This document shows, piece by piece, positions 14,199 to 26,179 of a stretch of DNA of 64,000 nt. The notes beneath the pieces were generated by a model, which was given only the letters and a program-made list of their open reading frames with translations, was not told the DNA's origin and ran no database searches. Source of the DNA: Callorhinchus milii (Eukaryota); contig NW_024704742.1 in NCBI RefSeq assembly GCF_018977255.1, forward strand, positions 101,744,001 through 101,808,000, given 5' to 3'. The position numbers were made by a program, and so were the translations under genes. The stretch's first letter is position 1; each line of letters begins with the position of its first letter.

Positions 14199-16159
14199 TA
14201 CTAACTGCTTTTGCTGGGAATCTATTCTAACTTTCTATACCACTAAGTGTGTCTATGGGGGAAGGGGGTGTGGGCGAGGGTGTGTGAGGGGGCGGAGGCT
14301 TGTGGATTTTTTCTCATTTGAAATAGTTTCGTAATTCTAGGCCCACATCCTCTTGCTCTGTGCTCACAATTCAAGTTAAAATAACCTTCTGCATTATTCA
14401 ATAACCTTAGCATTTTGAAAACGTGGTATGCGTTTCCTGTACATTTCTGACAAAAACAATTTGATTTCTGCAAGTCTCCCCTCACAACTTAGAGCTCTAA
14501 ATCATAGAATCACCTTACTGCTTTTCTAAGATCTCTCAAACATTTGAATGGTTTACAGTCTTCCATGTGTTCAAACAGTAAAAACATTTTATAGATCTAG
14601 AGATCAACATAACCCACTGATAAAAGATACTAATTTTGTATTTGGAAGTTGAGCATCACAAAGGATAGCACTGTATCGATGGGTTGTTGTAACCAGCAGA
14701 CTGTTTATAGTTTCAAACAATGGACAGAGAACATAAGAGAAGTCTCGTTTCAGGAACACATTTAAATTGCCAGAAATGAACATAACAAGGTTTCCTAAGG
14801 ATCAAACATTCAGTTCTTGAAAGAAAAACATTATTCTACGCTGTACGATTAGAGTGAGATTGGATTTTTTCATAAAAAGCAAATTACTAAAAACATGAAA
14901 CTCACCGTGCAGTTCTCCTCTGGGGACAGACTAAACTGCAAGGAAATTAAATTTGGTTCTGCTGGTTTTAATTGCTGTGACACAGGGGTGGTGATGAATT
15001 GCCGTGCTGGTTTGCTCTGCTCAATGTTTATTTTTCATACACCTGCACAGTTTCAGTGTTATCATTCAGAGAGAAAGCAAGGGATCTCCATCAGCAACCA
15101 ACAATTTATTAGATTATAGACTGGTGAGGTACTGCAGACCCAGCCACAATAATCTTACAGTCTGCATGCTGTCCACAACTTCTATTTGTTGAAAAATTCC
15201 CACCAAGGAGAGTAGGAACCTAAATAAAAGATCAATCATTTCCAGCAGTGAGTGTCCATCATTAAGTTTGCATCTAACCTGCCCTTCTCTTCCCTCCCCA
15301 CCCTGGATAAAACACCCTGTGAAAGCGTAAATTCAGAGTTATGCAACCAAATATTGCATATGCGATTGTATAGATACAAAGTGTTGGGTAGATAAACTTA
15401 GTTTGTATCCAAATGCAAACTATAACATTTTATGTTGGTATGTAAAATCACTATAAAATCAAGAGGAGTACATATTGCAGTGTACCTTCCGAATGGCCAA
15501 TTTTATCAATGGAATCAAGAAAGCAAGAGAAATTGGTGTGTATGAACTCTTCCCCTCAGTAACTGTTCTATTTCTCTAAACAATAGTTACAAGAAACCTC
15601 AAAGACTACTTTTCTGCTCAGGGACTATTTAAAAAGAGTCATTGACATTTTACTCCAGTCTTTGGAAAGTCTTTGGCTCTTTGGAAGAGCTTCATTTATT
15701 GTAATAAGCAAATCCACTAAAGAAAATCAACACTCATGAGATATCATGTAATAATAAAGTAATAATAATAAATAAATTAATAGTAATAAAGTCAATTCAC
15801 TTTACAATATATTCTGTGAAGCGCTTTGATAAGGGATATCAAATGTAAGGATTATTATTATATGAAAGAAACAAAAATCAGATCTTTTAGACATTCACTT
15901 ACAATTCAAAAGGGCTCCCTGTGGAGAAACATTATTTTACATCTTCCCAAGAACTTTAGCTGAGCCAATTGGAAGCCTCATTCAAAACTTCAAAATTGTA
16001 TGTTTACTTTTCAAATATTATTTTTTTGTATAAACGACTCAGATTTAGTTTGTGGCCAATCAGATAATTCCTGCTGATAAACACAATCTACAATCACGTT
16101 TTGGTTGCCAGCTCTTCAGAAAGTAACAATAAAACGTAAAGAGATCATCAAAGCAATAA

Positions 16160-16680
16160 CAACAATTTGCACTTACAACAGCAACAGCAAAAACAACTTG
16201 CATTTATATAGTACCCTTCATGGAGCATAATGTCTCAAGAGTCCCTTACAGTGGTGGAGCTGAATGCTGAGCAAGAGAAGTGGGGGAGGTGAACTGTAGG
16301 CGTAGTTGAAGAGGAAGGTTTTTAAAGACGGATAAGAGTGGGGACAGCAATAACTTGCATTTATATAGGGTCTTTCCCGCAGGATAGTGCCCCAGAGCGC
16401 TGCACACTCTGGATGAGACGGAGGGGTTCAGGGAGAGAGTTTAAGAGGTTAGGAGCATAGTTGCTGAAGGCTTAGTCATCAATGGTGCCATGAAGATGGC
16501 AGGGGATGGACAGCGGGCCTGAATAAGCTACGGTGTGTGGGGGGGGGGAGGGGGGTAGGGAGTAGAATGGGATAGGAGATCACATATATATAGTAATAAT
16601 ATATATATATAGGTGCTAGGACATGAAGGTATTTATTGGTGAGGGTGAGGACTTTGAAATCGATCCACTGGAAGACAGGG
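16160..16680 (-). mobile_element. Degraded L2 3' fragments
   Basis: Repeated aacaacttgcatttatatag tails and ggtgagggtgaggactttgaaatcgatcc (IDFKVLTL). Confidence 0.75.
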
Positions 16681-17354
16681 AGTTCCTTTCATGCAGGATG
16701 TACACCTCAAAGGGCTTTGCAAAGATTCTGGGGAAATCATTGAGCAAGGAAAGAGGGGCTATTTGGGATACTGATCAAAGATATCGGCAAATCAATGTCT
16801 TTAAGAGGGTTTTGAAGCCAGAGAGTGAAGACACAAGACAAAGGGATTTTGTGAGAGTTCCAGAGAACAGTAAGATGGGATACTACATAAATGCAAGTTG
16901 TTGTAATCCTACCTGATGTTGGTAGGATTAAGGACTGCAGAGTTTTGAAGGAGATGAAGACTTTTTGAATACAGAGTTTAGAACATGGTGCCATCACACT
17001 AAAAGGAGGTCACATCTGGCCAAAGAAATTTACAATACTCACAGATGAGAATAAGCAAGGAAAAGTGTATCTGAAAGATTTGACTGGTCACCAGCTTTAG
17101 CTCCTTTGTAAGTGCTTGACCTATGCTGAAAGGTTATGTTTGGTCTACCAGTATTTAATGTATACAGTAAATTAAATGCACATGTTGAATCCAGCAGAAA
17201 ATTAAGTATGTTAATATTATTAATGAAATAAATCATTTCCTTATGAGCCATGCATACGATTGTCAAAGGGATAAAATATTGCAATGTTATTTAAACTAAA
17301 CTAAAACAATTTAAACAAATGATACTGAAAATTTAATTAACCAATAAGTAAATA

Positions 17355-17660
17355 AGCCTTTGTCCAATAGCTCAGTGGGTTAAATGTACCATGTGGTGTG
17401 GTAAGAGATACACAAATCAGGAAGATTTCACATTCAATTCCTGGTCTGTGCTGAGTTAGTTGATCTCAGCAGGATAGCAGTGGGGGCACTAGATTTGGGC
17501 TGAGTGGCTCAGTTTAGTGGCGGGAGTGGGGGAGACAGAAAATTGCAGAGGACTCCTAGTCATGATCAATATCATGTGACTCCTCCCCTGCAAGGCAGTA
17601 GATGTCTTTGGACATAAAAGCAGTGCAAATATTAGCCTTGACTGTAATGCCTCCTCCCAT
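17355..17660 (+). mobile_element. Ancient AmnSINE2-like SINE
   Basis: gctcagtgggttaaatg...ctggtctgtgctgagttagttgatctcagc resembles the recalled AmnSINE2 consensus; weaker copies near 12875-13130, 29350-29540, 58660-58760. Confidence 0.55.
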
Positions 17661-18466
17661 AAGGAAATGTACGGGGGCAGATAACTAGTATTTTAGAGAT
17701 TTTAGATTTTAGTGAATTGTTAAAAATAAATATATATAAAAATCAGTTTTGAAACTGGTTTTGATTAAGTTCCTTTTAAGAGCTACAGAAAACTAATTTT
17801 TTGTGAAGAAAGTTAAGACTCAATTCAATAACTGGCCCAATTCTGGTTGCTCTAAACAGATTAAATCAAGAACCAGGAAAAAATTCACTCCAGTAGTCTG
17901 CTGATGCTTATTGTCAAGGCTCAAACATTGATCGCCACTTAATAATAATCCTTGCATTTGATATAGTGCCTTGTCACATTGTTGAGACGTCTCAAAGCAC
18001 ATCACAGGATAAATTGTAAAGTAGATTGAGTGTATTTTGTGGGCAAAACTGGGTGAGGTATTGGAAAGCTGCTAGTACTTACTTGCCTTGCCAGACTGCA
18101 GTATGAAATATTCACACCGAGCAGAGGATTGGAATTTTTTAAAAATCTCAAAGGAATGGGTTTAATTGTTGATCTTCAGGATTCAGCTTCACTTAATGTC
18201 AAAATGATCTATTATGTGCTAACCCCCTTATATATAAACTGATATTAGTGAACATTCAACTGGTTTTACATTAATCAAAATGTTGCTGGGGCTCCAAATG
18301 TACTCTCCGTCTGATTCCCACTACCCCACAGGCAAAGTACCCCAGAGAATCTGATAGTGTAAATAACGAAACCAGGAACAAACCCAGTCTGCAAATACCA
18401 CATTGGATTCAGCTCCAAACCTCGCTTGATCTTGAATGCAAACCTTTTAAAATTAATTGCGGACTT

Positions 18467-18682
18467 AATAATAATAATTCTTGCATTTGATATAGCAGCT
18501 TATCACCTCGTTGAGACAACTCAAAGTGTTTGACACAAAATATTGTAAAGTGGATTGACTGTTTATTTTACGGGCTAAATGTGGTAGCCCATTGCGCACG
18601 ACAGTGTCCCACAAACAGTTGTGGACTGAGGGACCCAATGTTCTTTTTAAAAAAAAGGATTATTACCTCCAGAAAAGCAAAT
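18467..18682 (-). mobile_element. tRNA-head SINE 3' part; further partial copies at 7017-7193, 13678-13768, 15790-15861, 17940-18052, 46292-46378, 53600-53678, 56384-56522, 56740-56875, 58500-58614
   Basis: Shared (TAA)n tail, ccttgcatttgatatag and ctgtaaagtgaattgactgtatattttgtggg blocks. Confidence 0.85.
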
Positions 18683-18929
18683 CGAAAAAGAAAATTCGAA
18701 AGAAACCAGAAAGGCATCTCCAAGATCTGTTTGGTGCCCATCGTGTGTGTGTGTGCGTGAAATGAAGGTGCTCTGAGGTGTTGGCTTACAGTACATACCC
18801 AGCGCCCGCAAAGTGTTAAAGGAGGGCACACCTCAGCCAGGTACCCCCCACTACCCACCACCCCCACCCCACACACCCTCAACATCTGTCACCTCAACAG
18901 CAGCCACACAGATCAGCACATATCCAGAG

Positions 18930-19575
18930 CAGCCCCCCAGCTCTCAGCCTCTAGCCCCCCAGTCCGCCCCCCAGCCCCCCCAGCCTCTAGCCTCCCAGCC
19001 CCCAGCCTCTAGCCCCCAGCCTCTAGCCCCCCAGCCCCCCCAGCCTCCAGCCCCCCAGCCTCTAGCCCCCCAGCCCTCAGCCTCCCAGCATCCCCCAGCC
19101 TCTAGCCCCCAGTCCGCCCCCCAGCCCCCCCAGCCTCTAGCCTCCCAGCCCCCCAGCCTCTAGCCCCCCAGCCCCCCCAGCCTCCAGCCCCCCAGCCTCT
19201 AGCCCCCCAGCCCCCCCCAGCCCCCCCAGCCTCTAGCCCCCAGCCCCCCCAGCCCTCCAGCCTCTAGCCCCCCAGTCTCTAGCCCCCCAGCCTCTAGCCC
19301 CCCAGCCCCCCCAGCCCCCAGCCTCTAGCCCCCCAGCCCCCCCAGCCCTCCAGTCTCTAGCTCCCCAGCCTCTAGCCCCCCAGCCTCTAGCCCCCCAGCC
19401 CTCCCCCGCCCCCCAGCCCCCCAGCCCCAGCCCCCAGCCTCCCCCAGCCCCGTCCTCAGCCCCCAGCCTCTAGCCCCCAGCCTCTAGCCCCCAGCCCCCC
19501 CTCCCCAGCCCCCCCCAGCCTCCAGCCCCCCCAACCCCTCAGCCCCCCCAGCCCCCCAGCCCCCCCCCCCGTCCC
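18930..19575 (+). repeat. C-rich minisatellite (CCCCCAGCCTCTAG / CCCCCCAG variants)
   Basis: Directly visible tandem array. Confidence 0.95.
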
Positions 19576-19765
19576 CAGGGCTGCAATTTACATTATCAAT
19601 TTACATGATAACCCCGTCTGCCATTTACATTATCTATTTGCATGAAATAGAAAAAACATGAGAAGGAAACTGTGAGTGAGTGAGAGAGTGAGTGAGTGAG
19701 AGAGTGACCATAAGCAAAGCAACTTCTTGCACTTCACCTAAACGTATTATATAACTGCAAAGCGA

Positions 19766-20013
19766 GCCATGCCGGGGGGGGGGGGCATGCCGGGGGGGGG
19801 GGGGGGGGGGGGGAGCCATGCCGGGGGGGGGGGGGGGGGCCATGCCGGGGGGGGGGGGGGGGGGGGGCATGCCGGGGGGGGGGGGGGGGGCATGCCGGGG
19901 GGGGGGGGCATGCCGGGGGGGGGGGGGGGCATGCCGGGGGGGGGGGGGCATGCCGGGGGGGGGGGGGGGCATGCCGGGGGGGGGGGGGGCCATGCCGGGG
20001 GGGGGGTGGGGGG
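19766..20013 (+). repeat. G-rich tandem array, 11 units of CATGCC(G)n
   Basis: Directly visible; G-run lengths vary. Confidence 0.95.
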
Positions 20014-20169
20014 AGTTGTATTGCCGGATTGCTGCACTGGTGTGAGAGGGGGAAAGAATTGCTGAGACGGATCGTGCAATGAGTAAGTAAGTAAGTTAGT
20101 AAGTGGGGTTGAGTTTGGCTGCAATGTCAGACTGGGGTCTGAGGACAAGTCAAACAGTAAAGAACTTAC

Positions 20170-20730
20170 ACTGTGGTCGCTGTCTGCAGCTCTCTCTCTC
20201 TCTCTCTCTCTCTCTTTCCTTGTCTCTTTCTTCAGATCTGGACCAAAGTTCTCCCCTAACAACAAACCATTGCAAGTCAAACATCCACTGCAAACACAAA
20301 GCAACTTCAGAAAAAAAAAGGGAGAAACCAACACCCCCCAAAACACACACACACACACACATACACCAACACACACACACACCTCTCGTCACTCTGTAAA
20401 GTTTTGACAGCGGAAACTCAGTGCTGGGAACTGAGAGACACACAAGCAACCAGTCAGCAGGAGTTTGGTTTGAAAAGAGATTTAGGGAATGCCCAATGCG
20501 GTTTCTCAGGCGGGCCGATGGCCGGCAAATCAGAGGATGGGGTTTGAAGGTTTCGCCCCGATTTGCGAAATTTCTTTCACTTGAACCATCTCAGACCACA
20601 AACTTGAGCGCTTGTATTACTTATTCAGCTCACGCAGCCACCCGAGAGCGAGCGCGCTGACTGGAGACACGGAATCGGGATTTAAGCGATGTTTCGCTCG
20701 AAATTGAGCGAACTGAGTGCTTGGTTCAAG
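20170..20730 (-). promoter_or_regulatory. CpG-rich candidate promoter/first exon of the next minus-strand gene (possibly TNFAIP8)
   Basis: Non-repeat CpG cluster at about 20495-20730 in a CpG-depleted background; consensus donor GTAAGT at 20164-20169 (minus); gene identity rests only on recalled synteny. Confidence 0.35.
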
Positions 20731-20933
20731 CAGGACGACTTGCTTTTGTGGAGCGGCCGTCACACAGGTTAGCGCCTCAGAGCGCTGAAGAGTGGTAGAG
20801 CTCGTAGCTGAGCCAGGGGGAGGGGGGAAGAGGGGAGGTGGCCCGTAGGCATGGCGGAAGAGGAAGGTCTTCAGGTGTGACCTGATGATAGACAAGGAGG
20901 AGGCAAGTGGAGGGATTGTTGAGGCAGAGAGTT

Positions 20934-21255
20934 AATAGTAATAATAATACTAATCCTTGCATTTGATATAGTGCTTTTCACGTCGGGAGGACGTCCCAAA
21001 GCGCTTCACAGAACACACTCTAAAGTGAATTGACTATATTTGTGGGCGAACGCGGCAGCCAATTGCGCACAGTAGTGTCCCATAAACAGTCGTAGATTGA
21101 AAATGACCAATTTATTATTGCTTTGTTTTGGAGGGATTATTATTAGGCTCTGTGTGGAGTAAGGAAACTTGCCCAAGGTTTCGCCCTGCCTGGAATTGAA
21201 CTCAGGTCTCTCGCTTCCAAAGTGAGTCCTCTATCCACTGAGCTACAGGACTCCA
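20934..21255 (-). mobile_element. Full-length tRNA-head SINE (short type, L2-like CTCCC loop)
   Basis: Head, Deu-like core gtgcgcaattggctgccgcgttcgccc, tail gggacgtcctcccgacgtgaaaag. Confidence 0.9.
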
Positions 21256-21598
21256 GAGTTACCAAATCTAAGGGCGCAGTGGCTGAAAGCACGGCCGCTG
21301 ATGGTGGAGCAGAGAGTATGAGGGATACACAGGAGGCCGGAGCCAGTTGAGTGAAGGGTGCAAATAGAGGAGCGGAGGTGTGAGCAGGTCAGAGAGTAGG
21401 GAGGTGCCAGGGCATAAAGTGATTTGTACTTGAGTGTGATGATCTTGAAATCCATTTTCCAATAGAGAGCCAGTGGGGCCTGGCAAGGACTGGGGTAATG
21501 GGGGTGCAGAGTTTAGTACAGGTGAGTATATAGGCGGTGGAGTTTTTAATTAATTGTATTTTATGAATGGTGGTGCTGGGGAGATCACCGAGAGGCAC
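21256..21598 (-). mobile_element. L2 fragment; further L2 3' pieces at 20735-20885 and 23525-23785
   Basis: [27 protein letters not shown]. Confidence 0.85.
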
Positions 21599-24204
21599 TA
21601 GAACCTGTCAATTGTTTTCAAACCAGTGACAGAAGAGACGTAGACAGACAGAGAGAGAGAGACGTACGCGCAGACAGAGAGAGAACTATACATTGACACA
21701 GAGAGTGAGAGAAAATATTCACACAGAGACAGGGATTTCATACAGTTACACAATTTAAAACAGGATGTCTATGTGAGTCTTACGGGTTGTTTCTGGATAG
21801 GAAACACAAAAATGTTACTTATGTGGCCCGGGAACGTTTCTCAAATCTGGCATCCAGCCTTCAGCAACCAAAAGGTTGGACCACCCTGACCGAGACCATG
21901 AATTCAATGTTTCAAACCAGTAACAGGAGAGACGAAGACAGACAGAGAGAGAGACATACATACAAACATATAGAGACAATCTTGAACCCACAACCTTTTG
22001 ACTCTAAGGCGAGAGTGCTAACAACCGAAAGAAGGCAATACCCTAAAGATGTTTATAAATATATAGAGGGTGTTGAAATCAGTAGGCGATTCAGTAGCAA
22101 AAACGAGTGCTATAAAGCATCTAGCACTACAGACGTTTTTTTTTAAATCTTAATTTAAAGATTTCAAAACTCCATTGGCAGAATTTACTTACAGCTAATT
22201 TTCGAGTTGACTCTTCCAGCAACTCAAACTGCTGCTAAACCTCATCAACACAGCAACAAGTCATCTGAACTCAGAAAGGCGGCTGGTAATACGTTACACC
22301 CTAATCACACCTGTCAAACAACAGTATCATTTGAAGCACCAGCGGAAAATAATATATTCCACTTGCTAATCTGCCCTGAGTATGAACCCTTTGTTTACTC
22401 CTAAAACAAGTTTTAATCCAAAAATGCAAATAAAGGCAATAAAAATCTGTAAAAAAAATCTTAAGACAATCAGAGGAGACCACAACATCTTCCAGAAACA
22501 ACTTGCATTTATATAACGCCCTTCTTGCTGGGTGGCATCTCAGAACACTTGACAATGGTGTAGTTTAACACCAAGATGGGAAGAAATAGGAGGTGACCGT
22601 AGACACAGAGAACAGTTGGGATCACAGCACAACTCCAAACATTTCCTTCACACCTGATTGCCAGCAACAAATGCAAGCGATCCTGCTGCCAGGTAACTTA
22701 CGTGGGAACCAAGAACACATTCTGAAAGACATTATGGACATACAGCGCTGCTCTGGCTGTGAGGAGGTTGTGTCAATCGGCTGGACATTGTGTTACGGAA
22801 AGCATTCCAGAAGCCAAAAAGAGCAGAAGTAAGAGAATTTATTTTTTCCCCACTACTAGAAAAGAGAAGTGAATTTCTCTGGGTGTCCTGGTACCAATTC
22901 TCCAGATAAATTGATCATTTACCTCGTGGCTTATTTACCTCGTGGCTATGTACAAATTCGCTGTGTTTACCTGTAAAATTCACTACACATAATTACTGTA
23001 AAAAAAATTCTGGATAAGGTGCAATAAAATACATTTTCTCTATTTCGATTGTTTCACCCATCATAAGTTCATCATTGATTTGCTCCACTTACCTCAACTT
23101 CTTTACCCTGGGTGTCAGTCTCGTCATTGAGTTATTATTTTAACTCATCCTCACAGGAATCCACATATATCTGTTAAAAAGTTTTCACAGCATAGCCCCC
23201 TGCTGGAATAATTAAACTGCGCATTTGACACATATAGTACACCTGAAGTCAACAGTAATTGTCCATGTCAACACATGGTATATTGACTTCCTTGACAGGG
23301 AGTGTTGAGTGGGGAGGGGATTTGAAGGGATCTTTCACTCCCAAGTCTGGAGGTGGTGGTGGTTCAGCCTCCTTTATAAATGTCACTTTGCTGTTGAAGG
23401 CAGAGAAGTAGCAAAAACATGGTCACCAATGAGCTGAGTGACTCAAGGGTTCTCACCTGCTTCTGTACACGGTGATGAAGTAGTCTTGATACTACTGGCC
23501 TAAATTGACCCACTCATTGATAAAAATAATAACAACTTGCACTCCTATAGCACCCTCCCCCACACAGGATAGCATCTCATTGTGCTTAACACGGCGGAGC
23601 CTGACTCCGAGTGGGGGTGAGGGGGCCCTAAGCACGGTCGAACAGGAAAGTTTTCAGGTGGGACTTGAATGAGGAGAGAGAGGTCATAAGGCGGAGGGAT
23701 TGAGGGAGAGTGTTCCAGAGTTTGGGGGTGTAGCGGCTGAAAGCACGATCTCCGATGGTGGGGCGGAGGGTGCGAGGGACGAGCAAGAAAAAAGAAGTAG
23801 TGTTGCTTTTGCAATGCAGCAGCTTAACATTTCAAAAGTTTTTGAGGCGATAAAGGGTATAGTCTACCTCCTACTCGTGTCCACAGCCACATTTCCTGCC
23901 TGCAGGTAGACTCAATGGTTAGCCTGTTCTACAGGCAATCAAATGCAATTTTCACATTGCTGGCCTCCAAAAAGCTTCCCTAATCATCAGAAAACCAACT
24001 CGCAAACAGAAAATGCAAGATTGCGAACAAGTTTAGAAATGTGCATGCACAACAACTTACAATGCCCTGACATATCAAGACATCTTCTCAAATGAAATTA
24101 TCAACATACATAACAAAAGAATTAGAATGTCCACATCGTAATATCAAGGAGACGTGAGGTGGAGCAGTGTGCATAAAGGAGACACTAGTTTCTGGTTTCT
24201 TTGG

Positions 24205-25672
24205 CATTCTTCTAATTTACCACCCCCAAAATCCTCCCCCACCTTCATCTCTGACATTTCCACCCTTCTAGCTTCCCTGTGCCTCTGCTCTAACCGCCTC
24301 ATCATCCTAGGCGACATCAACCTCCACTTCATCCCCCTTTGCTCCACCTCCTCAGACTTCTCCTCTCTCCTCTCCTCTTCCAGCCTCTCCCTCCACATCC
24401 ACTCTGCTACCCACATACATGGCCACCCGCTCGACCTGGTGATCACCCAGAGCCTAAGCGTTTCGGATGTCACCATCACTGACAAGACCATTTCTGATCA
24501 CCATTTCATTTCCCTCAACTCCCATATCTGTCTCTCCACTGCCTCCAAACCTACCACCATCTTCTACCGCTCAAGGAAGATCTCCCGCAATCCCTCTCCG
24601 CTGCCTGGAGTCCTCTGAACTCCTCCCCCTCTGGCCCACCTCCCGCACCAACCCATCCTCTGTGTTTACTCTCCTCCACAGCACCCTTTCCACCATACTC
24701 GATGCCCTTGTCCCCCTCACCTCCCGAACTGCCTCCTATTCCCGATCCTCACCCTGGTTCACCAGTCACCTCTGCTCGCTCAAGGGCCAGGTGTGGGCTG
24801 CTGAACACACTTGGCTCAAATCTGGCCTAACGGTCCACCAGTACATCTGGCTGGACCTCATCAAAACCTACCGCTCCGCTCTTGCCTCGGCCAAATCGTC
24901 CTTCTATCCCAGGTTAATCCTGGAGGCGAAGGGTAACCGCAGGCTCCTGTTCTCCACCACCAACCAGCTCTTCCGCCCTCCCTGCCACACCTCGCAGATT
25001 CTTTCCTCCTCTCTCACTGCGAGGAAGTGCTGGACTTCGACTCCAAAATCGAGGAAATCCGCTCAGCTGCCACTGCGCCCCCCCAACTTCCACCCCCTCC
25101 CTATCACTCCCCCACACTCCAAGCACTACACATCCCTCTTTCCACTGCTTTGAACCTGTCACCCCCTCCTCTGTCATCACCACCATATCCTCCATGAAGC
25201 TCACCACCTGCTCCCTGGAACCCATCCCCACTCCTCTCCTTAAATCCCAGCTCCACCTCCTTCCCCCACTTCTCGCCGACATCATCAACTTCTCCCTGTC
25301 ATCTGGCACTGTTTCCTACCCCCCTCAAAACAGCCACTACTTTGAAGAAACCTTCGCTTGACCCATCACAGCTATCCAGCTAACGGTCCATCTGCCACCT
25401 CCCTTTTCTAAGGTACTTGAGAGAGCTGTCGCCTCCCAGCTTTGCTCTTTCCTCTCCTCCCTCTCCCTCCATGAACCCCTCCAATCGAGTTTCCGTGCTG
25501 GTGAAACTTCTCTGGTCAAGGTCACAAGTGACATCCTGACCAGGGCTCCTTCTCCCTCCTCAACCGCTCCGCTGCCTTTGATACTGTGGACCACTCAATC
25601 CTTCTCCACCGCCTCTCTTCCCACCTCAACCTTCAAGGTTTTGTCTTTGACTGGTTCAGGTCCTACCTTTCA
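24205..25672 (+). mobile_element. L2 LINE internal fragment (endonuclease to RT start), frameshifted
   Basis: ILGDINLH, THIHGHPLDLVIT, ISDHHFI (APE endonuclease), [13 protein letters not shown]. Confidence 0.92.
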
Positions 25673-26179
25673 GATTTGTCCTAACAGATTTGTAGAGTAT
25701 GCTTGAGAGGCAATACAGCTCATCTATGGTGTCGAGACAGCTAATTGAATTTGTAGGTTTAAATCTTTATACATTAAAATCACAAGTGCAAAGTAATTAA
25801 AAATACTGTGATATTTGTAATGGGATGGGGAAGAAAGGGACAAACCAAAGACATCAAAATTTATGGTATTCATCAACAGATTTTTGTTTTATCTGATCAT
25901 GATTGGAATTTGGAATTTTATAATTCATGTAACAATACGGCATAATTCAGGTTTTGTCCTGAAAGGTAAATCCAAGTCAACTTTTTCTTTTGATATCATG
26001 GAAGAAATAACTGGTAGTCATTCAGTTAGGATGTTATAATGAATGATTTGACCTTTTCTAAGATCATCAGTTTCAGTCCATCTTGTTTCCTGCTCTTTAA
26101 TGTCAAGTTACAAAAGATATAAGTCTTACATTGAATGTTCAGATAATATCCCGATTAGAAAGATTGTACCAAACACTTT

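Noticed and set aside
18813..19163. Pro/Gln/Ser-rich ORF
   Set aside because: Translation of the C-rich minisatellite.
20081..20104. Repeated GTAAGT donor-like motifs on the plus strand
   Set aside because: A (TAAG)n microsatellite with no supported upstream plus-strand exon.
19634..20382. Poly-proline ORFs (MAPPPPGMPPPP..., formin FH1-like) and Gly-rich ORFs on the other strand
   Set aside because: They are translations of the CATGCC(G)n array. G-run lengths break frame, and there is no flanking domain or splice context.
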